The position numbers and the translations under genes were made by a program. The notes under the pieces were generated by a model that worked only from the letters and a program-made list of their open reading frames with translations, had not been told where the DNA came from and ran no database searches. Source: Archangium sp. (GTDB lineage: Bacteria > Myxococcota > Myxococcia > Myxococcales > Myxococcaceae). Taken from it: DNA of 38,360 nt. The stretch covers positions 1 to 38,360 of the forward strand of contig JANLPS010000039.1 in assembly GCA_031367385.1 (NCBI GenBank), written 5' to 3'. Shown in pieces: positions 21,374 through 31,380 of this stretch. How positions within the stretch are numbered: the first letter of the stretch is position 1; each line of letters begins with the position of its first letter.

Positions 21374-23005
21374 TCAGTGTTCGACCCACACCCGCCGCAA
21401 GTCGTACCAAAGCGGTGAAGGTGTGAGCCCATGCACTCGCCGTTTCGCCAGGTCGAGCGAGGCCCGCGAAGTCATGAACAAATACGGCTGATCGAAGTAC
21501 AGCTGCCGGTGCAGCGCGCGCTCGAGCGCTTGACGTTGGGGGGTATCCCACTCCATGCGAATCGACTGCATCAACGCGTCGGCCCGATCGCTCGAGTAGC
21601 GCACGAAGTTGGCGCCGCCGTCGATTTGGCTCGAGTGAAAGGTACTGAGTTGATCTTGCACGGCGTCGAGCTCTGTCCACACCCGCGAGACGACCTCGAA
21701 GTCGCGGGCGACCACTCGGGCGCTCATGTGCGAGACGTCGACGGTCTCGATGATCAGCTCTGCGCCGATGCGATGAAATTGATCTTGTAACATCGGCGTC
21801 ACCTTCGCCAATCGCACCGAAGTCGCGGGCATCAAGAAGTGCAGCGCGAGTGGCTTGCTGTCGCGGGTCAGCACACCCTCGGCCGAGTCGACGAAGCCAG
21901 CGTCGAGCAGCTCATTGCGCGCGGCCTCGGGCGAAAACGAAATCGCTTCGACGGTCTTGTCGCACGAGGGGCTTGGGTACCAGAACGGGCACGTGGTGGG
22001 TTGCTCGAGCCCCAAGTCGACGGTCTTCTCGATCGCTTCTCGGGGGTACAGATGGGCCAGCGCGCGCCGCACGCGATAGTCGGCCAGCGCGGGTACCGCT
22101 TCGTTCCACGCGATGTACGAGTAGCTGTTGTCGACGCCCTTGAGTCGAATGAGCTCGGAGATCGCTCGCGGCGAGTGCTCGAGCTCCTTCCACAGCGTGG
22201 GCTGCACGTTCGTCATCAAGTCGAGCTCGCCCCGGTCGAAGAGGCCCGACGCGACGGTGGGGTCTTTGACGAAGCGGTAGACGATGGCGTCGAGATACCC
22301 GCGGCTGGCGTCGACGCGCTTGAGCGTGAGTGATTGGCCGCGCTCCCACTTTTCGACCGTGTAGGGCCCGGTGCCAATGGGCTTGGCACTCAGCGCTGCC
22401 CAATCGCCCGCCAGCGCCGCGGCCGGCAGAATCGGCAACTTGGCCAGGGCTCGGAGGCTGAACGGCGACGGGTTTCTCCAGCGCAGCTCGACCGTCTTCG
22501 CGTCAACCGCCTTCCACGACATCAGCTCGTCGAAGTCGGCTCGAACCGACGACGTGTTCTTTGAGGGGTTCTTCACTGCGTCGAGCACCGCGATGACGTC
22601 GGCCGATGTAAACGCAGCACCGTCGTGAAAGCGCACGCCGCTTCGCAGCGTCAGTGTCGTGAGGTGATGATCATCGCGGTCGACCCAGGCCTCCGCCAGA
22701 GAAGGCACCAGGTCGAAGCTCACCGGGTCGATGTCGAGCAGCGACTCCACCACCAGGTTGCGAGTCATGCGCGAGGTCCACGATTCGCGGGCTGCGCCCT
22801 CGAGAAAGTTGAGCGTGCCGGGCTCGGTCATCACCCGAACCACCAGCGTTCCACCCTGCTGCGCTGCGGCCGTCTCGACGGGTGGGGTGCCCTCCAGCCA
22901 CTCTTTCGGAGCGACAGCTACCCCGGCGTCAGTCGAAACGTTGGTTTTTCGGCAATTTCCGCACGAAAACGCGCAGAAAATGCCCAAAATCGCCGCAAAC
23001 CGCAT
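21374..23005 (-). CDS. Peptide ABC transporter substrate-binding lipoprotein (family 5)
   Basis: Lipobox AFSC, PSLAEAW, LRSGVRFHDG..FTSADV, PIGTGPY. Confidence 0.9.
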   Translation of the reverse strand: MRFAAILGIFCAFSCGNCRKTNVSTDAGVAVAPKEWLEGTPPVETAAAQQGGTLVVRVMTEPGTLNFLEGAARESWTSRMTRNLVVESLLDIDPVSFDLVPSLAEAWVDRDDHHLTTLTLRSGVRFHDGAAFTSADVIAVLDAVKNPSKNTSSVRADFDELMSWKAVDAKTVELRWRNPSPFSLRALAKLPILPAAALAGDWAALSAKPIGTGPYTVEKWERGQSLTLKRVDASRGYLDAIVYRFVKDPTVASGLFDRGELDLMTNVQPTLWKELEHSPRAISELIRLKGVDNSYSYIAWNEAVPALADYRVRRALAHLYPREAIEKTVDLGLEQPTTCPFWYPSPSCDKTVEAISFSPEAARNELLDAGFVDSAEGVLTRDSKPLALHFLMPATSVRLAKVTPMLQDQFHRIGAELIIETVDVSHMSARVVARDFEVVSRVWTELDAVQDQLSTFHSSQIDGGANFVRYSSDRADALMQSIRMEWDTPQRQALERALHRQLYFDQPYLFMTSRASLDLAKRRVHGLTPSPLWYDLRRVWVEH

Positions 23006-24594
23006 CAGTTCATTGTCATGTCGGTGGGGCGATGAATCGCGACCACGTACTTGGGGAAGAGCTCTTCAGGCATCGAGCGGAGCACGCCGTAGGGGTCACG
23101 AAAGAAGACCCGCCCTGAACCGATTCGCTCCAGCGTCACCGCGTGGTTGTGCGAGCCCTGATCGATCTCGAGAATGATCGGCCGGTTCTGGCTACCGACG
23201 GCGTCGAACGCGCGCAGGTTCTCCATCGCCTTCGCACCCTCGGCCTCGGTGAACAGCGTGTCGTTGGTGTACTTGACCCCGAAGAGCTGACGCAGAATCG
23301 TCGTCTGCTGGTTCGGCTTGAGCCCCTCGTACCCGGCGCCAGTGCGCTTGTTGGTCGAGCGGCCCGCGACCGCGTCAAAGTTCGAATCGCGGCCGTTCGC
23401 GTATTCCATCGCCGCTGATTGAAAAATCGCCTGCGAAATCGAACGACCATCGAGGGCGCCGGCGGCCGCGTCTTCGGCTTCGACACGCAGCTCTCCACCG
23501 CCGCGCATGCTCGCCTTGCCGGTCGGGCCGGTCAGCCCCATCAGCAGACGCATGTATTCAGCAGGCTCGTCTGCGACCAGCTCGTACTGCATCGAGGCCA
23601 CCGTGCAGGTCGGGGCGCTGCCCTGCTGAATTCGGTTCGGGTTGGCGGCCTCGACCAACGCATTCGAGATGACGGCCTCGGTGGTGGTCTCTCCGACCAG
23701 CTTTGCGTTGAGCGGCTGGGTGGCGAGCTGATTCAAGTTCGAGAGCAGCGTGTGACCCTTGCTGTCTTTGTCGTCGAAGGCAGCGGGGTTTTGGTCGACC
23801 AGCGCGCCGAAGGCCTTCAAGCCGCGTTCATCGAGCCGGCTCATCACCGCCGCGATTTTTTTCTGATCAGCTGCCGACCGCTGCGTGAAGGCAGGTGCGC
23901 CCAGCACGTGCGCAACCACTTGCCCCGCAGTACCACTGGGGTCGCTGGCGAAGGTCTGCAGCAACGAGGTTCGAACGTCGGCGGGCAGCCGGCTGCTTCG
24001 CTGCAACGTCGCATCGAGCCGTGAGGCGACCCCTGCATCGGCGCGGGCAGATGCCAGCAACGCCGCCCCTTGCCGGCCTGGGAGCACCGGCGTCAGCTGG
24101 CTTGCGACCCGTCGAAGATCAGCGTGTGCAAATTGATCAGGCGGAGCGTCTTCGCGCAAGTAGGGCGGCGTCTCGAGCCGCGAATACAGCGCGTCACGCA
24201 GCGCGAGCCGATCGGGGTCGTTGTCGGGCCCGACGAGCGAGTCGAGCACCACATCGCCGAAGCCAATCGAATCGTCATCGGTGCCACGGCCAATCGAATC
24301 ATCGTCGGTACCGCGGCGCCCTGAGAGGTCTCCGACGCCAATCGAATCATCGTCGGTGCCGCGGCGCCCCGAGAGGTCTCCGACGCCAATCGAATCGTCG
24401 TCGGTGCCGTTGCGAACGCGCCGCCCCTCGGAGGGCTTGGGGATGCGGCGACCGGCGTCGAACTCACTCGAGCCCGAATGCCCCGGAGCGCTGGGGCGTG
24501 CGGCGGGTCGGCGTGAAGTGGTCGCGGAGGGAGGCGTCGTCGATGCAGCCCGCACCGGCGTTGCTGGCTTGCGAAGCTTGGAATCGATGGGCAT
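23005..24594 (-). CDS. Putative papain-fold cysteine peptidase with disordered, repeat-containing N-terminus
   Basis: IQQGSAPTC (Gln/Cys), NHAVTL (His), FFRDPYG (compare calpain-like RNPWG); start chosen at MPIDSK. Confidence 0.6.
   Translation of the reverse strand: MPIDSKLRKPATPVRAASTTPPSATTSRRPAARPSAPGHSGSSEFDAGRRIPKPSEGRRVRNGTDDDSIGVGDLSGRRGTDDDSIGVGDLSGRRGTDDDSIGRGTDDDSIGFGDVVLDSLVGPDNDPDRLALRDALYSRLETPPYLREDAPPDQFAHADLRRVASQLTPVLPGRQGAALLASARADAGVASRLDATLQRSSRLPADVRTSLLQTFASDPSGTAGQVVAHVLGAPAFTQRSAADQKKIAAVMSRLDERGLKAFGALVDQNPAAFDDKDSKGHTLLSNLNQLATQPLNAKLVGETTTEAVISNALVEAANPNRIQQGSAPTCTVASMQYELVADEPAEYMRLLMGLTGPTGKASMRGGGELRVEAEDAAAGALDGRSISQAIFQSAAMEYANGRDSNFDAVAGRSTNKRTGAGYEGLKPNQQTTILRQLFGVKYTNDTLFTEAEGAKAMENLRAFDAVGSQNRPIILEIDQGSHNHAVTLERIGSGRVFFRDPYGVLRSMPEELFPKYVVAIHRPTDMTMN
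24262..24408 (-). repeat. Four 24-bp coding repeats (GTDDDSIG), periods 27/48/48 bp
   Basis: GCCAATCGAATCRTCRTCGGTRCC at 24262, 24289, 24337 and 24385. Confidence 0.92.
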
Positions 24595-24681
24595 GAACGG
24601 AGCAGTCTGCCACGAGTCGGGCAGTGTGCGCGCGTCGTAAAACACCCGTAAATACAGCGATTTGCGGTAGCGTGCCGCCGG

Positions 24682-27600
24682 GTGGAAGCGTTCGGCCGAT
24701 TCACGTTGCTCAAGCGTCTTGGTGCGGGCGGCATGGGCGAGGTTTTTCTCGCGCGCGGCCCGGGCAGCCAGTCGTCAGTCGTGCTCAAGCGCGTGCTCCC
24801 GCATTTGGTCGAAAACCCGCGTTTCTTGCGGCTCTTTCTCGATGAGACCCGCATCGCGGCCCGCCTGAATCACCCGAACATCGCCCGCATTCTCGAGCTC
24901 GGCGAAGAGGGCGGCACCTGGTTCATCGTGATGGAGCACGTGCCCGGGCACGACCTGCGAGAAGTGCTTCGCCGTGCGCGCGAGCAGGAGTCGAAGGTGC
25001 CGGTGAACGTCGCGGTGAAGATCGCCATCGACGTTGCGCTCGGGCTCGAGCACGCCCACACCGCAGTCGACTCTCAGGGCCGAGGGCTCGGGGTGGTGCA
25101 TCGCGACGTGTCTCCGCACAATGTGCTGTTGTCGATCTCGGGCGAGGTGAAGCTGATCGACTTCGGCGTCGCCAAAGCCACCAACAAGACCGTTCACACT
25201 GCCGCGGGCATCTTGAAGGGCAAGTTCCCCTACATGGCGCCGGAGCAGGCGCGTGGTGAGGCGGTCGACCCGCGCACCGACCTGTTCGCGCTCGGCATCA
25301 TTCTCTGGGAGATGCTCGCCGGTCAGTATCTCTTTCGGGGCAAGACCGACGCGGCCACGCTGAAGTTGGTGCGTGCCAGCGAAGTCACCTCGTTGTTGGC
25401 GTTTCGAAAAGACGTGCCCGTCGCGCTCGATGCGATCGTGCTCAAGGCCCTGGCCAAAGAGCCGCACGAGCGTTTTCAGACCGCGCGGGCCATGCACGAG
25501 GCCCTGAGCGCGGTGTTGCAAGACCTGCCACCGCCCGACCTGCGCGGGTGGTTGACCGAGTTTGAAGACCTCGAGGGTCTCGAAGAAGTCGTGCCAGCGA
25601 TGTGGGGCGACGAAGCCGACAGCCAAGACGGCCCGGTGTTGTCGGCGAGCCACGACGTGACCGAGCGTGGCCCGAACGAGACCGCGTCAGATCGCGTGGT
25701 CTCGAATGGCGAAGCGGCGATGACCGTGCTGTCTGATCTGGTCGGGCAGCCCACCAACATCGTGCCCCAGACCACCAGCTTCGTTGGCCGCGTGGCCGAG
25801 CTGGCTGATCTCCACCAGCTCTTTCAACACGGAGCGCGGCTGATCACCCTCCTAGGCCCAGGCGGCACCGGCAAGACCCGGCTGTCGCTCCAACTTGGCG
25901 AGCAGTTGATCAGCCACTTCAATGCTTCGACCGAGAAGGGTCGGCGCCGGAGCGGGGTGTGGTTCTGCGAGCTCGATGAAGCGACTGATCTCGAAGGCAT
26001 CACCTCGGCGGTCGCGCGCGCGATGGGCATTCAGCTCGCTCCGGGTGACGCGGTTGATCAGCTCGCGCACTCGTTCGCGGCGCGCGGTGAGATGTTGGTG
26101 GTGCTCGACAACTTCGAGCAGATCGTCGCGCACGCGAGCCAGACCATCGGCACCTGGCTGCAAGCCGCACCCTTGATTCGCTTCGTCGTCTCGAGCCGTG
26201 AGGTGCTGCGGGTACCAGGCGAGACCATCTTCGAAGTGCCTCCGCTGCGGGTGCCCAAGCCCAGTGAGCCCATTCGCGGGGCCGAGGCCGTCGAGCTCTT
26301 CGTCGAGCGAGCCCGCGCCGTGCGAGCCCGCTGGGAGCCGACCGCGGCGGAGGAGACCTCGATCGCCGAGATCGTCAAGCAGCTCGATGGGTTACCGCTG
26401 GCGATCGAGCTCGCTGCGGCGCGCATGAGCCTGCTCAGCCCAGCGCAGTTGGTTCAGCGGCTGCCCAGACGGTTCGAGCTGCTGATCGACAAACGAGGTG
26501 GCTCCGAACGCCAGGCCACCATGCGCGGCGCGATCGACTGGTCGTGGAACATGCTGTCTGAAGCGGAGGGCTCGACGTTCGCGCAGCTCTCGGTCTTTCG
26601 GGGCGGCTTCAGCAGCGAAGCCCTCACTGCCATCGTCAACCTCGATCACATCTCCGATGCGCCGAAGCCGGTCGAGGTGCTGATGACCCTGCGCGCCAAG
26701 TCGCTGGTGCGTGCATACTTTCCCAATGACGGGCTGACGCGCTTCGGCCTCTACGAGACGCTGCGCGAGTACGCGAAAGAGAAGCTGCTCGGGCGCAAGG
26801 AGCAAGAGCCCGCGCTCGAACGGCACGCGCAGTTCTACCTGACGCTGGGTACCCGGCTCTCGCAGCAGGCTGACAGCAGCGTCGAGCGGCTCAATGCGCT
26901 CGAGGTCGAGCGTGAGAATTTGATCGCGGTGTTCAATCGCGCGGTCGACCGCCGCGAGTCGGGCGCGAGGTTGCTGCAGGTGGTGTTGGCGCTCGACCCC
27001 TTGCTCGGCATTCGCGGGCCGTACAGCAGCCACCTGCAGATGATCGACGTCGCGTTGACGGCGGTCGGTGACGACCCGAGAAACAAGGCGCTCGCCCTCG
27101 AGGCCCGGGCCCGCGCGCGACAAGCCCGGGGGAGATCGGCCGAAGCGCTCAATGATCTGCTCGACATGCGCGAGCTGGGTCAGCAGCTCGAAGACCAGGC
27201 GATCGAAGGTCGTGCCTTGTCGTACCTCGGGCTGGTCGAACGCGTTCAAGGGCAACGCAGCGAGGCCCGCTCGAGTCTGACCAGAGCGCTGGTGCTACTC
27301 AGGGCCGTCGGCGATCACTTGATGGAGGGTCGAACGCTGTCATTTCTCGCGTTCTTGCTGCACGACCTCGGGCTCGAAGCCGAGGCGATTGATGCCTCGA
27401 ACCAGGCCTTCAAGATTCACCGCGCGGTTGGAGATCGGCGTTACCAGGGCATCACTCTGGCGAACCTGGGTGTTCAGCAGCAGTCACTCGGGTTGCTCGA
27501 GCAAGCCAAAGCGAATTACCTCGCGGCGCTCTCGATTCACCGCGAGCTCGGCAACCGGCGCTCCGAGGGCATTTCGCACATCAACCTCGGCGATTTGCAG

Positions 27601-28149
27601 CGCGACGTGAAGCGGCCCCGGCAGGCGATGGTGCACTACGAGCGGGCGTTGATCATCGTGCGTGAGGTTGGCGCCCGACGCACCGAAGGCATCGCGCTCT
27701 TCTCAATCGCTTCGTTGCACCACGAGCTGCTCGAGCTCGATCGAGCGGGCACCGCGTATCAAGAAGCGTTGATCGTACTCGGTGAGGTGCGGGCCCAGCG
27801 CTACGAGGGGCTCGCCCGAGCTGGCCTGGCTGCGACGCTGGGCCTGACCGGCAAGCTGGGAAAGGCCGATGAGATGTTGACCGAGGCCACGCGGGTGCTG
27901 ACCGAAGTCGGCGACGCGGCGTCACTCGATGCGCTCGATTTGTATCGGGGCCAGGTCGAGTACGGAGAAGCGTTGTTCGCTCAATCTGACGCCCACGCGG
28001 CGGCCTTGAGAGCGAAGGTTCAGCGGCGAATCGATCACGCTGAGCGCGCGCAAGGCACCCCGTCGCCCTCAGCGAGATCTGACGCGGTTCGCACGGCGCT
28101 GCGGGGCCTGCGGGCCGCGATGAAACGACTGAAAGCCATCGAGCCATGA
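24682..28149 (+). CDS. Ser/Thr protein kinase - STAND/NB-ARC-like ATPase - TPR fusion
   Basis: GAGGMGEV, HRDVSPHN, DFG, APE; FVGR, GPGGTGKT, LVVLDNFE, GLPLAIELAA; C-terminal TPR-like repeats. Confidence 0.92.
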   Translation: MEAFGRFTLLKRLGAGGMGEVFLARGPGSQSSVVLKRVLPHLVENPRFLRLFLDETRIAARLNHPNIARILELGEEGGTWFIVMEHVPGHDLREVLRRAREQESKVPVNVAVKIAIDVALGLEHAHTAVDSQGRGLGVVHRDVSPHNVLLSISGEVKLIDFGVAKATNKTVHTAAGILKGKFPYMAPEQARGEAVDPRTDLFALGIILWEMLAGQYLFRGKTDAATLKLVRASEVTSLLAFRKDVPVALDAIVLKALAKEPHERFQTARAMHEALSAVLQDLPPPDLRGWLTEFEDLEGLEEVVPAMWGDEADSQDGPVLSASHDVTERGPNETASDRVVSNGEAAMTVLSDLVGQPTNIVPQTTSFVGRVAELADLHQLFQHGARLITLLGPGGTGKTRLSLQLGEQLISHFNASTEKGRRRSGVWFCELDEATDLEGITSAVARAMGIQLAPGDAVDQLAHSFAARGEMLVVLDNFEQIVAHASQTIGTWLQAAPLIRFVVSSREVLRVPGETIFEVPPLRVPKPSEPIRGAEAVELFVERARAVRARWEPTAAEETSIAEIVKQLDGLPLAIELAAARMSLLSPAQLVQRLPRRFELLIDKRGGSERQATMRGAIDWSWNMLSEAEGSTFAQLSVFRGGFSSEALTAIVNLDHISDAPKPVEVLMTLRAKSLVRAYFPNDGLTRFGLYETLREYAKEKLLGRKEQEPALERHAQFYLTLGTRLSQQADSSVERLNALEVERENLIAVFNRAVDRRESGARLLQVVLALDPLLGIRGPYSSHLQMIDVALTAVGDDPRNKALALEARARARQARGRSAEALNDLLDMRELGQQLEDQAIEGRALSYLGLVERVQGQRSEARSSLTRALVLLRAVGDHLMEGRTLSFLAFLLHDLGLEAEAIDASNQAFKIHRAVGDRRYQGITLANLGVQQQSLGLLEQAKANYLAALSIHRELGNRRSEGISHINLGDLQRDVKRPRQAMVHYERALIIVREVGARRTEGIALFSIASLHHELLELDRAGTAYQEALIVLGEVRAQRYEGLARAGLAATLGLTGKLGKADEMLTEATRVLTEVGDAASLDALDLYRGQVEYGEALFAQSDAHAAALRAKVQRRIDHAERAQGTPSPSARSDAVRTALRGLRAAMKRLKAIEP

Positions 28150-29612
28150 AAAAGGGGTGGCCGTGGTTGCTGCTCGCGGCGGCCCCGCGGGTGATTGCTT
28201 TCTTCTTCACCGAGAACGTCTACGGCGATGCCGTCGTGCGCACCTGGCTTGGGTACATGTGGGTGCATTCGCCGCACGTGATCGGCTCGTTCGATCAGGG
28301 CGGGTACCAGTTCGGGCCGCTGCATCTGTACCTGGTTGGCCTGGCGACGTTGCTCCCGATGCCGATGGCCGATTCGGGGCGCCTGATCAGCCTGTTCACC
28401 GGCGTGCTCACCGCGTGGCCGCTGCTTACGCTCACCTCGAACCTGTTCGGCGCCAGAGCGGCCAGGCTCACTGCGGTGGCCTTCGCGTTTTGGGGGCTGC
28501 ACATTCAGTTCTCGACCACGACCTCGGGCGAGGCGCTCAACCTGTTGCTCGTCGTGACCTGCCTGTGTTGGCTCGACCGCTGGTTCGTCACCCGGCACCG
28601 GGTCTGGCTGCTCGCGGCGGCGCTGGTGCTCAATCTGGCCTGTGCGGCGCGCTACGACTCCTGGCTGTTCGTACCGATGCTGACCATCGCCGTGTGGTGG
28701 CACTCGAAGAGCTTTCGCAGCGCAGTGTTGTTCGGAGCGTGCTCGATGGCCTTCGCCCTCCCGTGGATGTTCGGAAACTTCATCGATCGCGGCTCGCCGC
28801 TCTACCCGTTCAGGTACATCGACGAATTTCACCGCGCCTGGTTTCCCTCCGAGCTGGCGATCTGGGGCAGCAGGTACAAGTGGATCACCTTGTTCTTCTG
28901 GCCTGGCGCCGCGGTCGTGACGCTCACGCCGCTGATCGCCATCTTCGGTACGTTTGGGTGCGTGCGGGCATGGCGATCGATGCCCTCGATACGGTGGCTG
29001 ATCACCCTGATCATCATACCCACGGCGCTCTATACGCTTCGCTCGACGCTGCTCTCGAGCTTCGTGCCGCTCGCCCGGTTCACCGCGAAAGAAGTGGCCT
29101 TGCTGCTGCCCTTCGTGGGCTTCGGAGCGAACGCGCTGCTCGACCGCTTCACTCCGCGCGTCTCCCGAGCAGTTCAGGTGGTGGCGGTGCTGTGTCTCGT
29201 CGCCTGGCCCGCGTGGCTCGGCTGCTTCACCTTTCGCACCACAGGCTCTCTGCAGAACACCCTTCGCGCAATCTCGCCGGTGACGACCAACACCGTCGAG
29301 TTGATGCTGGTGGCCCATTGGCTCTCGAACAGGGCGAGCGACGGCTCGGTGCTGATCATCGACAGCGACCCTCGCGGCTACGATGATCTGCAGCTCGGTT
29401 TTTACTCGGGTTTCGCTTTCGAGAAGTTGGCGCGGCTGCGGTCTCCGCTCTTCGAACGACGGCTCAATGACGGGGTGCCGAGGTACCTGGTGCGCTTCGA
29501 TGGCGGCGGGTTGGACACTTCGGGCCAGTTCGCCAGCGACACGTTTCGGGGCCTGCACTTCAGTGAAGTCGGGAGCTTCGCGCCGCCCTGGCACGTCTAC
29601 GAAAAACAGTGA
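28146..29612 (+). CDS. Polytopic membrane glycosyltransferase (GT-C; ArnT/PMT, family 39-like)
   Basis: Many TM segments, first-loop YGDA, GPLHLYL, GEAL, ARYDSW. Confidence 0.75.
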   Translation: MKKGWPWLLLAAAPRVIAFFFTENVYGDAVVRTWLGYMWVHSPHVIGSFDQGGYQFGPLHLYLVGLATLLPMPMADSGRLISLFTGVLTAWPLLTLTSNLFGARAARLTAVAFAFWGLHIQFSTTTSGEALNLLLVVTCLCWLDRWFVTRHRVWLLAAALVLNLACAARYDSWLFVPMLTIAVWWHSKSFRSAVLFGACSMAFALPWMFGNFIDRGSPLYPFRYIDEFHRAWFPSELAIWGSRYKWITLFFWPGAAVVTLTPLIAIFGTFGCVRAWRSMPSIRWLITLIIIPTALYTLRSTLLSSFVPLARFTAKEVALLLPFVGFGANALLDRFTPRVSRAVQVVAVLCLVAWPAWLGCFTFRTTGSLQNTLRAISPVTTNTVELMLVAHWLSNRASDGSVLIIDSDPRGYDDLQLGFYSGFAFEKLARLRSPLFERRLNDGVPRYLVRFDGGGLDTSGQFASDTFRGLHFSEVGSFAPPWHVYEKQ

Positions 29613-29645
29613 AATCGCTGGGCAGAAACAGGGTATGCGCCCCGA

Positions 29646-31361
29646 ATGCGTACACGTCTTTTGTTGACCGTTGTGGCCCTCGGCGTCACGGCGTGCGGTG
29701 AGACTCCTGGCAGTGGCACCGGTGGTGGCGCGGGCGGCGGCGGCAGCTCTGGCAGCGGAGGTGGCGGCGGCACGTTCAGGCTCGACGCCGGGCGCGATTC
29801 AGGCGTGGCCTCAGGCTTGGATGCAGGGCGTCTCGACGCGGGTCAGAGCTCGCTCGATGCCGGTGACCCTGTCGGTGTCGATGCGGGCTCGGTCGATTCG
29901 GGCACCAGCTCGATGGTCGATGCGGGCATGGTCGTGAACGACGGCGGGCAGGTCGCGAACGACGGCGGGCAGGGCATGAACGACGCCGGCCAACAGCCCA
30001 GGGCTGACGCAGGTCAGTCATTCGACGCCGGCCAACCCCTCGACGCGGGCGTTGCGCTGGCGTGGGTGCCACTGCAGGGGCCTCGCCGCGGCCCGATTGA
30101 GCTCACCTTCAATGTCGGCGCGAGCGACTTCACCGGCTTCGTGCTCAAGGCCGACACGGCAGGTCTGGTCAACGCAACGGTGATGTCGACCGAGCGCACC
30201 CCCACCACCCTCACCCTGGTGTGGGACTCCTTCGCCGACGTGAGCATCGATACCATCAAGACGCTCAAGCTCGTCGGCTCGAAGGCGAGTGGCGATGTCG
30301 AAGTGATTTTCTCGCTCGACGTGCGCAACGGGCTCGATCCACTGCGGCTCCTCGCCATCGCGCAGCCGTACGTCGACACCGCGGGCGGCACGGGCAGCAC
30401 CGGCACCGGCGTCTCGCTGGCGCAGTGGCCAATCGATGGCGGCGTCACCAAGCGCCGCTTGAGCACAGTCGCCGCGGTGCAACGCGTGCGCGCCGCTCCG
30501 CACGGCCGCTCGACGGTGGTGATGGGGCAGACGCAGGTCATCTTGATCAAGACCCCACTCGACGCAGACCCTGCCGGCGCCTCACTGAGCGCTCCGGTGA
30601 CCGTGCCGGGCTCGCCCACCGACATTCGCTGGAGCCGCGATGGCCGGTATCTCTACCTGCTCACCGGGCTGTCGGGCGTGCGCTCGCCGACCATCGAGCG
30701 AATGCGCGTGAAAGAAGACCAATCGAGCATCGATGCGCCCGAGACGGTGGCCATTCTGACTCGGCCCCCGTTGCGCTTCGCCATCGAGCCGGCGACCGGC
30801 CGGTTCGTCGTCGTCGTCGGCTCGGGCCCCAACGCGAGCACTGGCATGCTGTTGCTGCTCGAGGCTGATGGCGGCCAGGCTGCCTCGCCCGTCGATCGTG
30901 ACTGGGGCGTCACCAACCAGCTCGAAGTTTCGCCTCAGGGCGACGAGGTCGTGCTGACCAGCACCTTCAACGGCGACGAGCTGTTCATGGTGCCGTTGAC
31001 GAGCGCTGGGTTCGGGTCGGTGAGTGTACGCACCGACGTTGTGTTCCCCTTTGACGTGACGTTTGACCCCCGATTGACGGCGCGAAACTTCGTCGTGTCG
31101 AATCAAGACAACAATGCAGTGACGTCAGTGACCTACGGCAGCACCGTGACGGTGCACGCGAAAACCACTGGTATTCCCCTGGCCTACGAGCTCGACATGG
31201 TTCAGCGCGGCACCCGCGTCGCCACCGGGTTCGTCACCTCGCTCTCGCAAATCGTGCAGTTTCAGCTCTCTGAGGTCGGCACCATCAGCGGCAAGAAGGT
31301 CGCCTTCACCTTCGACGGCGGCACGATGGAAGAGCCGGGCAGCATCTCGATTCAACGCTAA
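29646..31361 (+). CDS. Lipoprotein with Gly-rich/DAG-repeat linker and C-terminal beta-propeller
   Basis: Lipobox VTAC; 14 D-[AGS]-G motifs; propeller-like DIRWSRDGRYLY and LEVSPQGDEV. Confidence 0.75.
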   Translation: MRTRLLLTVVALGVTACGETPGSGTGGGAGGGGSSGSGGGGGTFRLDAGRDSGVASGLDAGRLDAGQSSLDAGDPVGVDAGSVDSGTSSMVDAGMVVNDGGQVANDGGQGMNDAGQQPRADAGQSFDAGQPLDAGVALAWVPLQGPRRGPIELTFNVGASDFTGFVLKADTAGLVNATVMSTERTPTTLTLVWDSFADVSIDTIKTLKLVGSKASGDVEVIFSLDVRNGLDPLRLLAIAQPYVDTAGGTGSTGTGVSLAQWPIDGGVTKRRLSTVAAVQRVRAAPHGRSTVVMGQTQVILIKTPLDADPAGASLSAPVTVPGSPTDIRWSRDGRYLYLLTGLSGVRSPTIERMRVKEDQSSIDAPETVAILTRPPLRFAIEPATGRFVVVVGSGPNASTGMLLLLEADGGQAASPVDRDWGVTNQLEVSPQGDEVVLTSTFNGDELFMVPLTSAGFGSVSVRTDVVFPFDVTFDPRLTARNFVVSNQDNNAVTSVTYGSTVTVHAKTTGIPLAYELDMVQRGTRVATGFVTSLSQIVQFQLSEVGTISGKKVAFTFDGGTMEEPGSISIQR

Positions 31362-31380
31362 GGGCCTGCGAATGGGGGAA

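Noticed and set aside
24262..24408. Possible CRISPR array
   Set aside because: Periods are multiples of 3, variation is synonymous, two spacers are nearly identical and there are no cas genes; it is a coding repeat.
28035..29594. Long alternative ORFs (519 aa minus, 409 aa plus; likewise 16596-18035 and others)
   Set aside because: Shadow frames of real genes caused by high GC3; no recognisable motifs.
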